From Ginglymostoma cirratum (lineage: Eukaryota): DNA of 64,000 nucleotides. A model generated the notes under the pieces. It was not told the origin of the DNA. It worked only from the letters and a program-made list of their open reading frames with translations, and searched no databases. The stretch lies in the NCBI GenBank assembly GCA_024137785.1, contig JAHRHZ010000051.1:19641388-19705387 (forward strand), in the 5' to 3' direction. Position numbers and translations under genes: made by a program. Position 1 is the first letter of the stretch. Each line of letters opens with the position of its first letter. This document shows, in pieces, positions 25,936 through 38,509 of this stretch.

Positions 25936-26069
25936 AAACTCAGTTGGTCCATGGATTGGTCATCTATCCCTGCATAATATACATGGTGGCTTACAATTCA
26001 AAAATCACCAGAAAATACGAAGCATCAGCCATGTACCTATAGAAGCAAAAGATGCCAAGCCTGTCTCAG

Positions 26070-26620
26070 TGCATAGGACCTGCATCTCTGAGTTTGAATG
26101 TTGATGGTTCATGCCCCACATTAGAAACTTCAGCCCACAATCCAAGCTGATATTTCCTGCAATATTGAGGGAGTACTGCAATATCAGAGATGCTGTCATT
26201 TGGAAGAAACCTTAAACCACCGCCTTGTCTTCTTCTCAGATGTTTGTAAATAATCTGATATACGACTGTTTCAAAGAAGAACAGGCAAGTTATTTATTGC
26301 TGAACCAATAGGACTAAAATCTTCAACACCTGACAGAACATTACAAATCTGAAACACTATCTGTTACTTTTCTTTTCACAGTTGCTGGATAAACTTCTGA
26401 ATACTTCCAACTTTTCTGCTATATCTCAAATTTCCAGCTTCAGCAGGACTTTGCCTTTTGTGCAAAACAAGAAATCAGATGATTCTGGTCATTGTTCCAT
26501 TTCTGTTTGTGAAACTTTGATGTGAGGAATACTAGTGATTATACTTCAATGGAACTTTGTTGTCTCTAAAATCTTCTAGGTCATCCAGGAGATTGTAAAT
26601 GCACTGTGAAAGCTATTGGG
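26070..26620 (+). mobile_element. Deu-domain SINE with an old Penelope pLTR remnant inserted (about 26335-26462)
   Basis: aatccaagctga...gagggagtactgca...atgctgtc Deu core; internal ctgaaacact...tttccagcttcagcaggactttgc pLTR-like block. Confidence 0.6.
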
Positions 26621-29600
26621 ACTTCTCAGAATATTATTGAATTTCTTTTGAGTTAAATGTAACTCTTCTCTCTGGAAAAATCATATAAATACTGCCTCGA
26701 AATCTTCAGCTTTCATGTTGACATTCCTTTGTCGATAAAGTGGCATCCTGTACCCTCTTGTCTCTACAAGTATCTAGTAAAGATTAACAAAAGAGACCCA
26801 GTATGAGATAAATTAAAAGATGACCTTGAGCTAAAGTGATGGACAGTGGGGTGATGATACTATTGCCGATTGGCCAAAGCTATTCAAACAAGTGACTGAC
26901 ATAAGGTAAACAAACAGCCTCTAGAAATTAAATATATCAATGGATGCTCAGAGGCATGGACAGTCTTTGTCAAACAGCTGCCTTTTTGAAAAATGCAAGA
27001 AGTCAGAGAAAGTGCAGGAAAATGAGGGAAAAGGTTTCCAAACACTTCAACCCTACAAGTTATAGAGATGCACAATAATATGCACAATCTATCCATTTGT
27101 CCTCCTGGATCAGTAAACTGCTCTAAACAGCCATGTGTGCATATCCTATTTAGCATATGGATCGTTCTTAAACTGTTGCTTCCTAATAAATTGTCCTTAA
27201 ATCACTTAAGAGTTCTCAATCAGGTATTCTGAACCTGAACATTTAAGACTATATGCACTTTTTTTCTCATTTTCTTGCTCTTTGTACCTGTACCTGCTAT
27301 TCAATGTGGTTTTCAACAGCAGTGAAAATATTTGTTAGCATCAGAAGATACAGTCGGTGAGCTTGAGGAGGTAGCATCAGGTAGGTTCCGACATAGAAGA
27401 TGTCTGTGAATTCCCTTCAAAACCATGCACTGTCTTGACTTCAAGCCATATCACTGGTTTGGGAGGGGATTTGCAGACGTTGTTGCTCCCATGCGCCTGC
27501 TGATCTTGTTGTAGGGTCGTAGGTCATAGTGGTCGCTAACCTGGATAGTGTTGCCAAAGATGTCTTGGAGTTGCTTCAGTGCATCTTGTATATGGTATGC
27601 ACTGGAAACTTTCACTGGATAAAAATCCTGGAACTCCTTTCTTAATAGCACTATGGGTATACTTACATTAAATGAATCACAGCAGTTCAAGGAAGCAGTT
27701 CAGGACCACCTTCTCTATTTTGAGGTGGGTAATAGCTTGCCAATGGCACTCACATTCCAAGAATGACTAGAGGAATATGTCACTGAAGTGAATGCCCTCC
27801 AGTTCAATTTTAGTGGCTGTTGATCTTCCCTTGAAACTGCAAGTTCTCTGCTTTCAGAAAATGGACACAGCATTTCACAGGATCAATATACAACTCCGGA
27901 AAATTCCACGCCTATGGAGTTCCATTGGTTCTATATGTCGCACACACGCAGTTTAAAAAACTTACTGAAAGTTACATGTCACTGTCTAAATTAGGTCCCC
28001 CGGGTGTTATAGGTAGTCTCATATAACTCCTTTCTCTCTCCCCTCGGAGTTACACCAATTAGCACCCATGATTAAGCACCCTTTGGTAATATTGGCAGCC
28101 TCCTTCATTGTGCATTGTACATCACCCTGTCCTCATATTCATTATTATCACTCTTATTGCTATCTTGACGAATGCATTCATTTGCTGGTCTATTTGCCAA
28201 AATTGTAATATATACTACTGTTGGGATAGAGTTTTAATAGAGTTTGCAGGCCATAGCTCTTTGTTGATGAACAATAATATAAAGGTTTAAGGCAAGACTA
28301 GCAGGCTAATACCTAGGGTGCTTTTGGTGCCGTGTGAAACGATATTTAACCCATACATGCTTTAGCTCATGGCTTCAAATGTGAATCAGCTTCATGTTGC
28401 AAATAGCAGTCATGCTTACTTATTAATAGAGGATCATCACTCCTCATTCATATTTTATTAAACATTCTTAGGCCTCTGACAGGATTACTAAATTATAAAA
28501 TATTTGCAATACATGTTATAAATGACCTTAACAATTAATGATTAAGTGCCACCTAATAACAGTGGAAGAATGCAATTCTTAAAATAAATGAAAAACCATC
28601 GCTTAAAATTTAACCATCAGACCTTGATCAAATCCTATAATTACTACAGGTTAAGCAGGCCATTTATTAACCGGGTCCTTGTCTGTACCCCTGGGAATAG
28701 GTTTTTTTTCCTTTCCGTAGTGAAAATGGCAATGCACACATTTTATTTTCAAAACTGAATTATTGTTCAACATTGTAAAGTTAGCATGTAATACAGGAGA
28801 AGGAATTAAAAAGAAAATTAAGCAGATACTGCATGAATACTTATAGCATTATAGGTTGATGAAGGGTACAGTGACTGTGTAAGCAAAATACCTCAGCACA
28901 ATGTGGCAATGAATAGCCTTCAGGTTGTAGAGTGATCATGATGTCCCGGACAAACTTCACACTAACCTGACTTGGAACTATATCATTGTTCCTTCACTGT
29001 CACAGGATCAAAATCCTGCAAATCCCTTCCTAGTCCATGTATCAAACTGAGCAGATGGGCTGCAGTGGGTCAAAAGAGCTCGTTCACCACATTCTTAAGG
29101 GCAATTGCGAGTGAGAAATAAATGTTGACCTTGCCAACATTGTTTGCATCGCATGAAAGATTTTGTTTTTTTTAAAAGAGCACCCACTTAGAAAAAGCTA
29201 CGATTTTGATACTTAATTTACTACGTTATGGCCCAGGAGAAGTAAGGCCAGCGTTTCTCACAGCTCTGCTGTATTCCTCAAGATCATTGTAAGCCCTTGG
29301 TCACCATACTCCCTCTCTCTTCCAAACATACCCACAGCTCTCTACCCGCTGTTGTCTTCCAGCAGTCAGTCCAGCTCACAGATCAAGCATAGCTGCAAAC
29401 TACCCTGACAGGTCCGAAATGTGCCGCTGAAGCTTCAGCAACAATACCAGCCAAGTCTCCTACCTCCAATGCTCATTGAACTTGGAATCTGTTGAACACT
29501 TTGGGTGAAAATTGCCAAATCTGGTTTGACATCTTCCTGGAGATGTTATCATCAGAGCATTTCAGGCATGTGATGACTCCATGATTTTGATCTGTACTAA

Positions 29601-30859
29601 GGCTTCAAATCGTCTAATAAAAGCAAAAGACCACAGATGGTGGAATCTGAAGTAGAAAGATATAGCACAGGAAATAGCATCAGTCTCAGTGGAGAGAGAA
29701 ACAAAGTCAAATAGGATTCTTCTTTAGAAATGAAAAACTAAAGCACTTTCTGCTTCCATTACCCCATGTCATTTGTGATGATAAAATCAAAAACAACTTA
29801 ATTTTTGTTTCTAAGGGAGGATGAAAATTATAAATAACTCAATTGACATATGGACTTGAAAGAAGAACAAGGATTTTTCTGGAAATTTTTAGATGCAAAT
29901 TATAAACACGACATTATGACATTTTGCATCTAGCACAAGATCCATGATGTTGAAAACAGTGGAAGCTGATTAATGTGAACACTTCCCTCCTGCCTTCATC
30001 ATGGCAAGTACACCATCCCTTGATCCAATTATGTCTATTAAGCAAACACCATTACAAGTATGAATACTAATGATCCCATTTCACAGCAACATAACAGTAC
30101 AACATTGAAAGCCATTAAACCAGTAGTTGGCAAGATGGTGTAAAACTGTCACATTCAGTTTCAGAGTCTATTGTATGGCAACAATTGATCTGCACATTGT
30201 TGTGGCTGTGACTGTCGATGCTAGTAGGTTTAAGCAGGATGAATAGAATGCAATATTCTTAATGAACGTGCATGGTAACAGAACCCACATGAACAAATGA
30301 ACACCAAGACAGGTCCCAAAAGACTCCAGGTAATAATTTCGAATGGAATATCTTTAGGGAGTAGGAGCATCTGTCTGCCCTAGAAGGATAATGGATATAG
30401 AGTGATTGAGGGTGGACGGGGGTCTGGCAGTGGGTGCAGAGAAGGCCAAGCATTCTAGATTTTGTTCCTCAAATATGAATATTGTTTGGGTTGGTTGATC
30501 ATAATAGCTAAGGGATGGACATGGGTGTCCATCTACTCTGGGAGGAGGTGAGATTGAGACATGATCTAAGCCACAATCCCTGAAGGTAAATTTTCAAACT
30601 AACTTTTAACTTGGTAATTTATATACAGACAATGAGATAACCTGCAAATGTGTTTAAAAACATGGAAAACCTACAGCACAGAAGGAGACCATTCAGCCCA
30701 TCATGTTGGCCAGTAAAAAATGATCTAACACCTCCCTCCAGCTCTTGGTTAGTAGCCCACTACAATATAGTCCCTCAAGTATATCTCCATATACTTAGTA
30801 AAGATGATGACAGTTTATGCTTCTATACTTCTTTCAGTCAGTGCATTCCTTCTGATTTT

Positions 30860-32900
30860 ATCACCCCCTGGTTACTCTCCTCTTGGCTAAGGTAAATAGG
30901 TCTTCCAATCCATCCTATCCAGGCATTTTCACATTTTGATCCAGTTAAACAGCAGAAATTACGAGGATCACTATCAATCCCTATCCCTACCCATCCACAG
31001 TCTAGTTGTCTATGGCTGAATATTAAACTAACGTTGGTCCGGGACTACCCAATATGAACCACTTGTAAATGTAACCAACTAAATTTGTTGAGATGCACTG
31101 TCTTCTCTACACTTATGCCAAGAAGCACCATCCATTGGATTTGTGGAGCCTGTATATCTACCCTTTAGAGTAACAACCTATGTTCCTCATAACAGACCAT
31201 AATTCCAATGTCTGAGCAGATGGTTGTAATGTCTGATGCATTCCCTGGCACCTTCTTCCATCCACTCTTAGATCTGTGTCATCTGACATTATCATGATGT
31301 AGCACTTTTTGCAGATGCTCTGCACCTTTTGCACATGCTCTGTCGCTGTTGTCAGATATGGAGATGCCAGTGTTGGACTGGGGTGGACAAGGTCAAAAAT
31401 CACACCACACCTCTGGGGAAGGAGCTGAGCTCTGAAAGCTTGAATTTTCAGCTAACCTTGTCAACTATAACCTGGTGTTGTGTGGTTTTTGACATTGCTA
31501 TTCAGAGTATTGGTTGTAGCTAACTTTTTACTCTACATCTGTCTCCAAATTAGCTCTTTCATGAACAATTTCCATCCAAATACTACTTACACCCCCGCGG
31601 CCCTCCACACCACGTCTCTTTCACCAAAGGCATCAATCCCTCACAGTGTTCTCAGCTCTCTTGAAAGACACATGGGATGTACATACTCCAATATGGTCTC
31701 CTTCAAAGGCAAACATATTGGTGGAATGGGGTGGAAGCTTCTCATGACAGCTGCTACCTGGGCCATTACTGTAAAGACCATGAAGACCAATCAGGGAAAA
31801 ATGGATTCAAGACTAAGCACACCTCAACTTTTATGCTGACACCTCCTTGAAAAGGAGGACAATGAATTGAAATTGTCCACCTCATCTTCTTCTATGTTAC
31901 AATCTGGTCAAAAGACAAATTTGGTTGATGGTAAAAAGACGGAAAGCGCCATGAAGACAAGGCCAGAGACAAGAAAATGAGGATTTCTCTCCCACTCCTA
32001 AAGTAAGAATTTCCCTTTCTGTAGCTAGTGGTCTCACTTTCACAATTGCATCAGTGTGAGGCTACTTTGCTGCAAACAATGATGGCTCACTCTCCAGCAG
32101 AAAATAAGTCTACAGCACTTTCAACAATGGAATGTGTCTGGACCAGCATCGATAAGAAGTTGTGACATAGTACTCTGCTTTGCAGACTTGTTTGAAAGTT
32201 CAAAATCAGCATTTATTTGTCTGATACTCTTGCAATTTCTTTTAGTTGTAGTACAGCAATTGTATACTGGTCTAGTGTAGAATGTTCACTTTCTTTCTTT
32301 GCCCCATTTCCAATGTGTGTATTTCTCTCTACCGGTTCATAGCGCTATGTGACTAATAGTAGCTGGAACTTTGATTCAGCCGTCTCTTTTAGGTAGTTAG
32401 ACTTCTCCAATCCTTGCTAAACTCTAATATTTTCAAGTTCAGTTTGATGCTTGGCTTTAAGCAAGGTACACTTCAGATTTATAATCTTTGACAACTGGGC
32501 ATTTGCTTCTTCAATAAAATAAAATGTAAATGGTCCCATGGTTTGCTGATGAGACTCAATTGCAAATCCCAGTTTACATTTGTACATATTGATAACTTCT
32601 GAACTTTTTGTATCGGTTTGATCCAATTTGCACTTAAACATTCCTTTCTCTCTGACTGCTTGCAATTGTTTTGCATGTCATCATTGCATCTCTTGGGATA
32701 AGTAGACCTTTTATTTCCTTCATTAAGACAAGACTGACTTTCATCAAAAAGACACTAGAAACTTTACAATCATTATTTGTGAAGTGGAAGGGTATAGCTT
32801 GTATTGGGAATTCTTCCACCAGATCATCCAACACTGCAGCAGGCTCATTCTCTTTACTGGGAGAGCAAAGTAAGCTCAAGAATGCCCTCATGTGGCTGGT
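30860..32900 (-). pseudogene. Ancient, heavily decayed near-full-length Penelope-like ORF
   Basis: Colinear minus-strand relics: N-terminus (ORFs 32634-32975, 32417-32665), QLKEIARVSDK*MLILN (about 32200-32250; compare ADKG..VV.ln), FSLIGLHGLYSNGP (31759-31800; compare SFDVxSLYTNIP), KCENAWIGWIGRP (about 30898-30936; compare C...YIGxTGR of GIY-YIG). Confidence 0.55.
31359..31493. mobile_element. Small Penelope pLTR hairpin of a second family, with hammerhead relic
   Basis: 31392-31411 and 31474-31493 are inverted (18/20); ctggggaa-ggagctgagctct-gaaagct at 31413-31440; 33-bp unpaired tail at 31359-31391. Confidence 0.75.
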
Positions 32901-33477
32901 GACTGTCATTTTTGGAGTATCCTTTTCCTGCTTCTTCCAACCATTCCTCAAACAGAAGGGCCAGATCAGCAACACCTACCTCTGACCGGAGAGGTGGTCA
33001 GGCTTAGCTCAATGGGTGAAGAAGTCAACCTCAATGTCAGCTGCAGCTGTGAGTCAATGAATTCATAACTGTACTGGCATCGTGATTTAGTAAAGAACAA
33101 TGCTGATTAGGATTTACACTCAGAATATCAATGGTCTTGTTGCCATTATAGCTAAGGAAAGCCTGAATCTGTATTTACATTCTTATTATGGTGCCTCCTG
33201 CACCTTGAAGTTTGATGGAAGATGGTTGAAAGAATTCAGGGTTCACCCAGTATGCCGAAAGAATGCCTACTCCAGGGTTCACTTTAAAATTAGTTTTCTT
33301 GCAATTAGCCATATCTGCTGCATACCAGAAACCATTTTGTCAGTTTACTGTTTTACCTGAGAAGCTTGTAACTTGTTCTTTGCTGACAACTACTTCTTGA
33401 GCATTCGCAGATTGGAGTGGTCTCAGTTAATCTATTTTTCAACAGATTGAAAGCTCTTGTGGCATGTATGAACTTAG

Positions 33478-34108
33478 CGCTGCTGGCCAGTCAGGGGCAA
33501 GCTGCTCAGTCAAGAGCTCCCCAGTCAGGGGCTAGCCGGTCAGTCAGTGTGCCAGTCAGTCAGTGTGCTGGTCAGTCAGTGTGCCTTTAGGTCAGTGTGC
33601 TGGTCAGTCACAGTGCCGGTCAGTCAGTGTGCTGGTCAGTCATAGTGCTGGTCCGTCAGTGCTGGTTAGTCAGCGTGCTGGTCAATCAGGGTGCTGGTCA
33701 GTCATAGTGCTGGTCAGTAAGTGTACTGGTCAGTCATACTGCTGGTCAGTCACGGTGCCGGTCAGTCAGTGTGCTGGTCAGTCAGTGTGCCAGTCAGTCA
33801 GTGTGCCAGTCAGTCAGGGTGCTGGCTAGCCAGTGTACTGGTCAGTGAGGGTATTGTTCAGTGAGCATCATGATCAGTAAGGGTGCAGCTCAGTCAAGGT
33901 GCTGGTCAATCAGTGTGCTGGTCAGTCAAGGTGCTGCTCAGTCAGTGTGCTGGTCAGTCAGNNNNNNNNNNAGGGTGCTGGCTAGCCAGTGTACTGGTCA
34001 GTGAGGGTATTGGTCAGTAAGCGTCATGATCGGTCAGGGTGCAGCTCAGTCAAGGTGCTGGTCAGTCATAGTGCTGGTCAGTCAGGGTGTTGGTCAATCA
34101 GGGTGCTG
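33478..34108. repeat. 16-bp-unit minisatellite (GGTCAGTCAGTGTGCT)n spanning a 10-N gap
   Basis: More than 30 degenerate tandem units seen directly; gap at 33962-33971. Confidence 0.95.
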
Positions 34109-35462
34109 GCCGCTCAAGGTTGGCAGCGACAATGAGCCTTCCCAATACAACAAGGATAAGATTGTTTGGTGCAGACAGGTCTCTGCCCATTGTGACTGTG
34201 GTATTTCTGGCACAATGGCAGCTCCCAGACTGACAGGCAGGAGCAAGCTGGTATTGGTAGCCTGGTCCAAGAAAGCCCCTTGTTCCCAAGGGTGATTGCT
34301 GGTTTTGTTTATGAAGTTCAGTTTGCTTGGTGAACTGCGCAGCTTTTGTCAATGTAAGCTCCTCTTTAAATTGTAAACATTCTGATAGAGTTTCATCATC
34401 ATCCCAACTACGATGTGAGCCCTCGTGAGCTCATCTCTCAATGTTCCATATTGACAGCGGGGTGGTAAATGTCAATTTTAAAAAATAAACGGTGACCTTT
34501 GGCTCCCAGTTGTGCCAATTAAACTTTTTCCCGGTCTAGGTTACACTATTAACTAAAATAAAAATCAAAGGCCTGAATGACCTTGTCACATTTGGCAGTT
34601 TTCTATCTAAGCCCTCCTTATTTTAAAAAGCACTGACATCAGCATTACTGCTGGTTCAGTACAATGGTACACTAGGCTGATGCTTGTCTGGGTTTGTGAT
34701 CAAGGCTGCAGAAAGTCTGGTACCTGCTGAAATAACAGCACTAGTTATTCCAATACACAGTCTGGTCAGGACTGTGTTAGAGAAGGGCTCAGATAAAGGC
34801 AAGAATCTTTCCATCACTAGATGTGGCTATCACCAGCTCTGGCAACAGTGAGCTGGCCTCGTGATTGTTCTAGATGCTTTTTCTTGGCGAGTTCCTGTAG
34901 TCAAAGTTATTTTGCACACCTGCCCATACTCTGTGCTCTTGTTCCTCCTGTGTTGTGATAGTTAGCTGACCCCAAGACTGTTATATGCTGTTCTGCAGTC
35001 CTGCTGGGCTTCTCTTTAGGTTTGACTCTTTCTCGGTCTGGTAGTTGTACAGTCTCCAAGCCCCTCATCTGCTCCTCCTGAGCTTCCTTTCAGGCTTTAC
35101 CTTGCCACTTACTGTCATTTTACTGGGTCTAGTTGTACAAAGTAGGAACATCATTAGGAGCTTCCAGGAGCTCAGTAGACATGACATGACAAACCTCTGT
35201 GGTGGTGGGACTTGAAGTCGGATCTTCTGGTCCAGAGGCATGTGTTCTACCACTGCACCACAGCTGACTGGCTTTAAAAGGCTTGTTATATGGCCTTGGG
35301 GGCTAAACCCTGCTTGCGAGAACATAGTCATCACAATGATTTTGCCTGAATAAAAGTGCTCCAGAAGTGCAGCAATGGCTTGAACTTGGGGGGCCACTAA
35401 TAAGCGAATGTTGTCGGCCTGTCTCTCCAGGTGAAAGTAGGAGCCACGTGCTAACTGTGACC

Positions 35463-35513
<51 letters not shown>

Positions 35514-35518
35514 GAGAC
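35463..35518. repeat. (GA)n/(GAGATA)n microsatellite
   Basis: agagagatagagagagatagagagagagatag... seen directly. Confidence 0.95.
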
Positions 35519-36186
35519 AGGGTTCACTTTGAAGGCTTCAGAAATTTCACTCTGATTTTCTCTATCACTGTCCCAGTTTTGTTGCCACTGTACCAGTTGA
35601 CCTGGCTGCTGACACTCATTCTTCCTCTCATGGGACCTCCTGTGGTAATACAGTTCAGATAAAAACCTGAAAAGACTGAGAGACTGATCTAACACCTTTG
35701 ACCCCATGACTCAGCGTCCTGCAGCTGTGCCATCTCCTTCATCATAATAGTTGTTAAAACCTGTCAGACAGAGGAGGAAACATACATTTCCTTTGAGATT
35801 CAATCACAAAACATGGTTTCTCACATGCGCAGATCAACACATGTTTAACAGAACTCATTGTACGGTTATAAAACAACTTGGTCAACAGAAGGCAATGGCT
35901 CAGAATATGAATATTTCAAACTGAACACTGTTAGCAAATTTAAAATGATCATTCTTGCATTCAAATCCCTCCACTGATCAGCTCCTCCCCATCCCTGTAG
36001 ACTCCTTCAGTTCTGGCCTCTTGCATATCCCAGTTATCATCACCAACCATGGCTGATTGTCCCTCCAGCTGTCAAACTCTCTCTTCAAATATTTCTGCTC
36101 TCTCTCTCTCTCTCTCTGTCTCCCTCTTTCCTTAAAACTATCTTCAAAACTTATTATCTGACCAAGTTGATCGCCTCCTGTTCTAA

Positions 36187-37088
36187 AGGGCCGAACATTT
36201 CAGGAGCAGTGGGTAAAACAGACCACTCACTCCCTTTCTGACCAAGGCTGCCCCACAGTGATGTCACCCTGGAGTGACTCTAACAAGCTGAGGGCAGGAC
36301 TTTGACCCTCAGTGAAAGGAAACACCATCCTCAAGAGCTGCTGGCCAACCCTGACTGCGTGGCAGCTCTTGCAACCCCAACAGGGCCAGAGGAGAAGAGT
36401 TGACAGTAATTGGAGATGGCCACTAGGCCTAAGTGAGTCAGGCTTTTTTTTAGACTGACTGCCCTAGGTAGTGGAAGGCATGCAATCTAGAAAAGGGCAA
36501 AGTTGAGATGTTGGGGGTGGGTGTGTGGGATTTAGTGATCTCTGAGTGGGGTAGCCCTGATGTACACAAGGCACTCACGCAGCCCCCACCCCACTGCAAG
36601 CATGTAACTACCCCTTTCTTCCTTCTTAGAAAGGACCTGCCATTTATTCAGGGATGTGTTCATGGAGAACATCACAATCAGTGACATTTGTGATCAGCTG
36701 ACCGTGCATTTACACCATATGACACACATGCAGCATGCATCTTTACTTGAGGAAGTAGGATTCTTCTTTAAAGCCGTGAATGAGCGAAGGTAGCATTTAC
36801 ATCAGCTAGAAGTTATACAAAGCGTGTGGCTAAGCGATCTTGCAAAACGTGGACACATGAACAGAGGATCATCACTGCCTTGGGGTGGAAGTGAACTGGA
36901 GCCTTTAACTGGTCCTGAATCAGGCAGATAAGGGCCTCAATAAGCCTCAAAGTGGGCAGCCTAGTGGATACTACATCCACCCAGGGTATTGTCAGGATGG
37001 GCAGGACGGCAATGGGCTACTCATGTTGCACTTCAATTCCTCGCTGCTACTGATAACAAGCCCAGAGGCTGACTGTAAAAACCAGGTC
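36187..37088. mobile_element. Possible Harbinger-derived non-autonomous element
   Basis: TIR-like gggccgaacattt and taaaaaccaggtc ends; GC-rich internal blocks (gagctgctggccaa, ggcctcaataagcctcaa) similar to the 6848-7830 block. Confidence 0.35.
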
Positions 37089-37639
37089 AATATCTCCTTA
37101 TGTAGCCTAGTGTCCCAATTGTCTTACTAAAACCCCAGTGAGTGAAGCATATTGCGTCAGTTCATTGCATCAAAGGCACTGTATAATTATAAGTTGCTGT
37201 TCAAATATCAAAATTTAATTCCAGTTTTGGTTCAGACAAAAAAATACTTCATTTCTGTAGACTTTTGAAGCTTTAGGCAATTTTGCATGTACTTGGAACA
37301 TAAGCTATTAAATAATCACACTGAAAAAAGTAAACAAAAACAGAGCCATCTATTATGGAAGAAGTGTTTTAAGCAGCAATGTTGGGTCTAAGGAAAGCAC
37401 AGCAAACGTGCTGCTAGATTCTGCTCCATGCATTCAATGCCACCATTAGTCAGTGAGTGAATCCTTTTCTTAAAGCCACAGGGAAGATCCGATTCTGTGG
37501 TTAGAGATGCCACAAACCACAGCATCAGTAAATGCCAAGGTCTGTTAGCAGGTCAAGGTCAGTGCATCTAGTCATGTTTTAAGTCAGGTGAAAAAAAATT
37601 GACAGAATTCTGAACAACAGTGTTGTAAAGTGTCAAAGA

Positions 37640-37925
37640 ACAAATAACCTGCTTAACAACTTATATCAAAGCTTTTCACAGGAGTATTATAAAATGAAGA
37701 ATGACATGAAACCACAAAAGGAGAAATGAGGTCAAGTGACCAAAGAGTTGGCTTTTAAGAAGTGTCTTCAAGGAGGTAAGGAAGGTGGAGAGGCATGAAG
37801 GTTCAGGAAGGGTATTCCAGACCGTGGGGTCCTGGTGGCTGAAGGCATGGAAACTGATGGTGGAATGATTAAAATAGCGACGCACAAGATGTCAGATGTA
37901 GACGCACACAGATGTCTCAATGCAA
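37640..37925 (-). mobile_element. L2 LINE 3' fragment
   Basis: gtgaccaaagag...gtgtcttcaaggag...tattccaga...gctgaaggca. Confidence 0.65.
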
Positions 37926-37957
37926 TCTAGGTGGGCATTCACAATAAGCTGGTGAGG

Positions 37958-38290
37958 AGGTGATGGTCTAGTCGTATTATCACTAGACTGTTAGTCCAGT
38001 GACCCATGTAATGTTCTGAAGACTCATGTTTGATTCCTGCCATGGCAGATTTTGGAATTGGAATTCAACAAATATCTGGAATTAGGAGTCTGATGATGAC
38101 CATGAATCCATTGTTGAGTGTTGGAAAAACCCATCTGGTTCACTAACGTCCTTTAGGGAAGGAAACTGCCATCCTTATCTGGCCTGGCCTACAAGTGACT
38201 CCAAACCCACAACAGTGTGACTAATTCTTAACTGCCCTCTGGGCAATTAGGGATGGTCAATAAATGCTGGCCTAGCCTGTGATGTCCCTG
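37958..38290 (+). mobile_element. tRNA-derived shark SINE with CR1-clade tail
   Basis: A-box-like ggtgatggtctagtcgtatt, B-box-like gtttgattcc, core ccatctggttcactaacgtcctttagggaaggaa, tail gggcaattagggatggtcaataaatgctggcc. Confidence 0.8.
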
Positions 38291-38509
38291 TGCTGTAATT
38301 GAACAAAAATACACTGCAAAGCAGCTTGCTAGGGCTCTCACGGTTGACTTGGTGCTGGCTTGTGTTTTTGTCTTCTGGATTGGGTAATTGGTGCTGTGGT
38401 TATTGGTATAACACTCAGATGATTTCTTTATTGACAGATAGGCAGAAAGGGACTGTCTAGGTTTCCTTCTTCCTTGTCCTTTTTGTCCTCTTCCCTGTTT
38501 ACTTCTCAC

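Noticed and set aside
33478-34108. CRISPR-like repeat array, or Cys/Val-rich ORFs 33563-33829 and 34026-34295
   Set aside because: Units are directly tandem with no unique spacers, in a vertebrate context with no cas genes; the ORFs are translations of the minisatellite.
35560-35765. Minus-strand terminal exon (FNNYYDEGDGTAAGR*)
   Set aside because: Short and unrecognised, with no supported upstream exon, and it lies among transposon debris.
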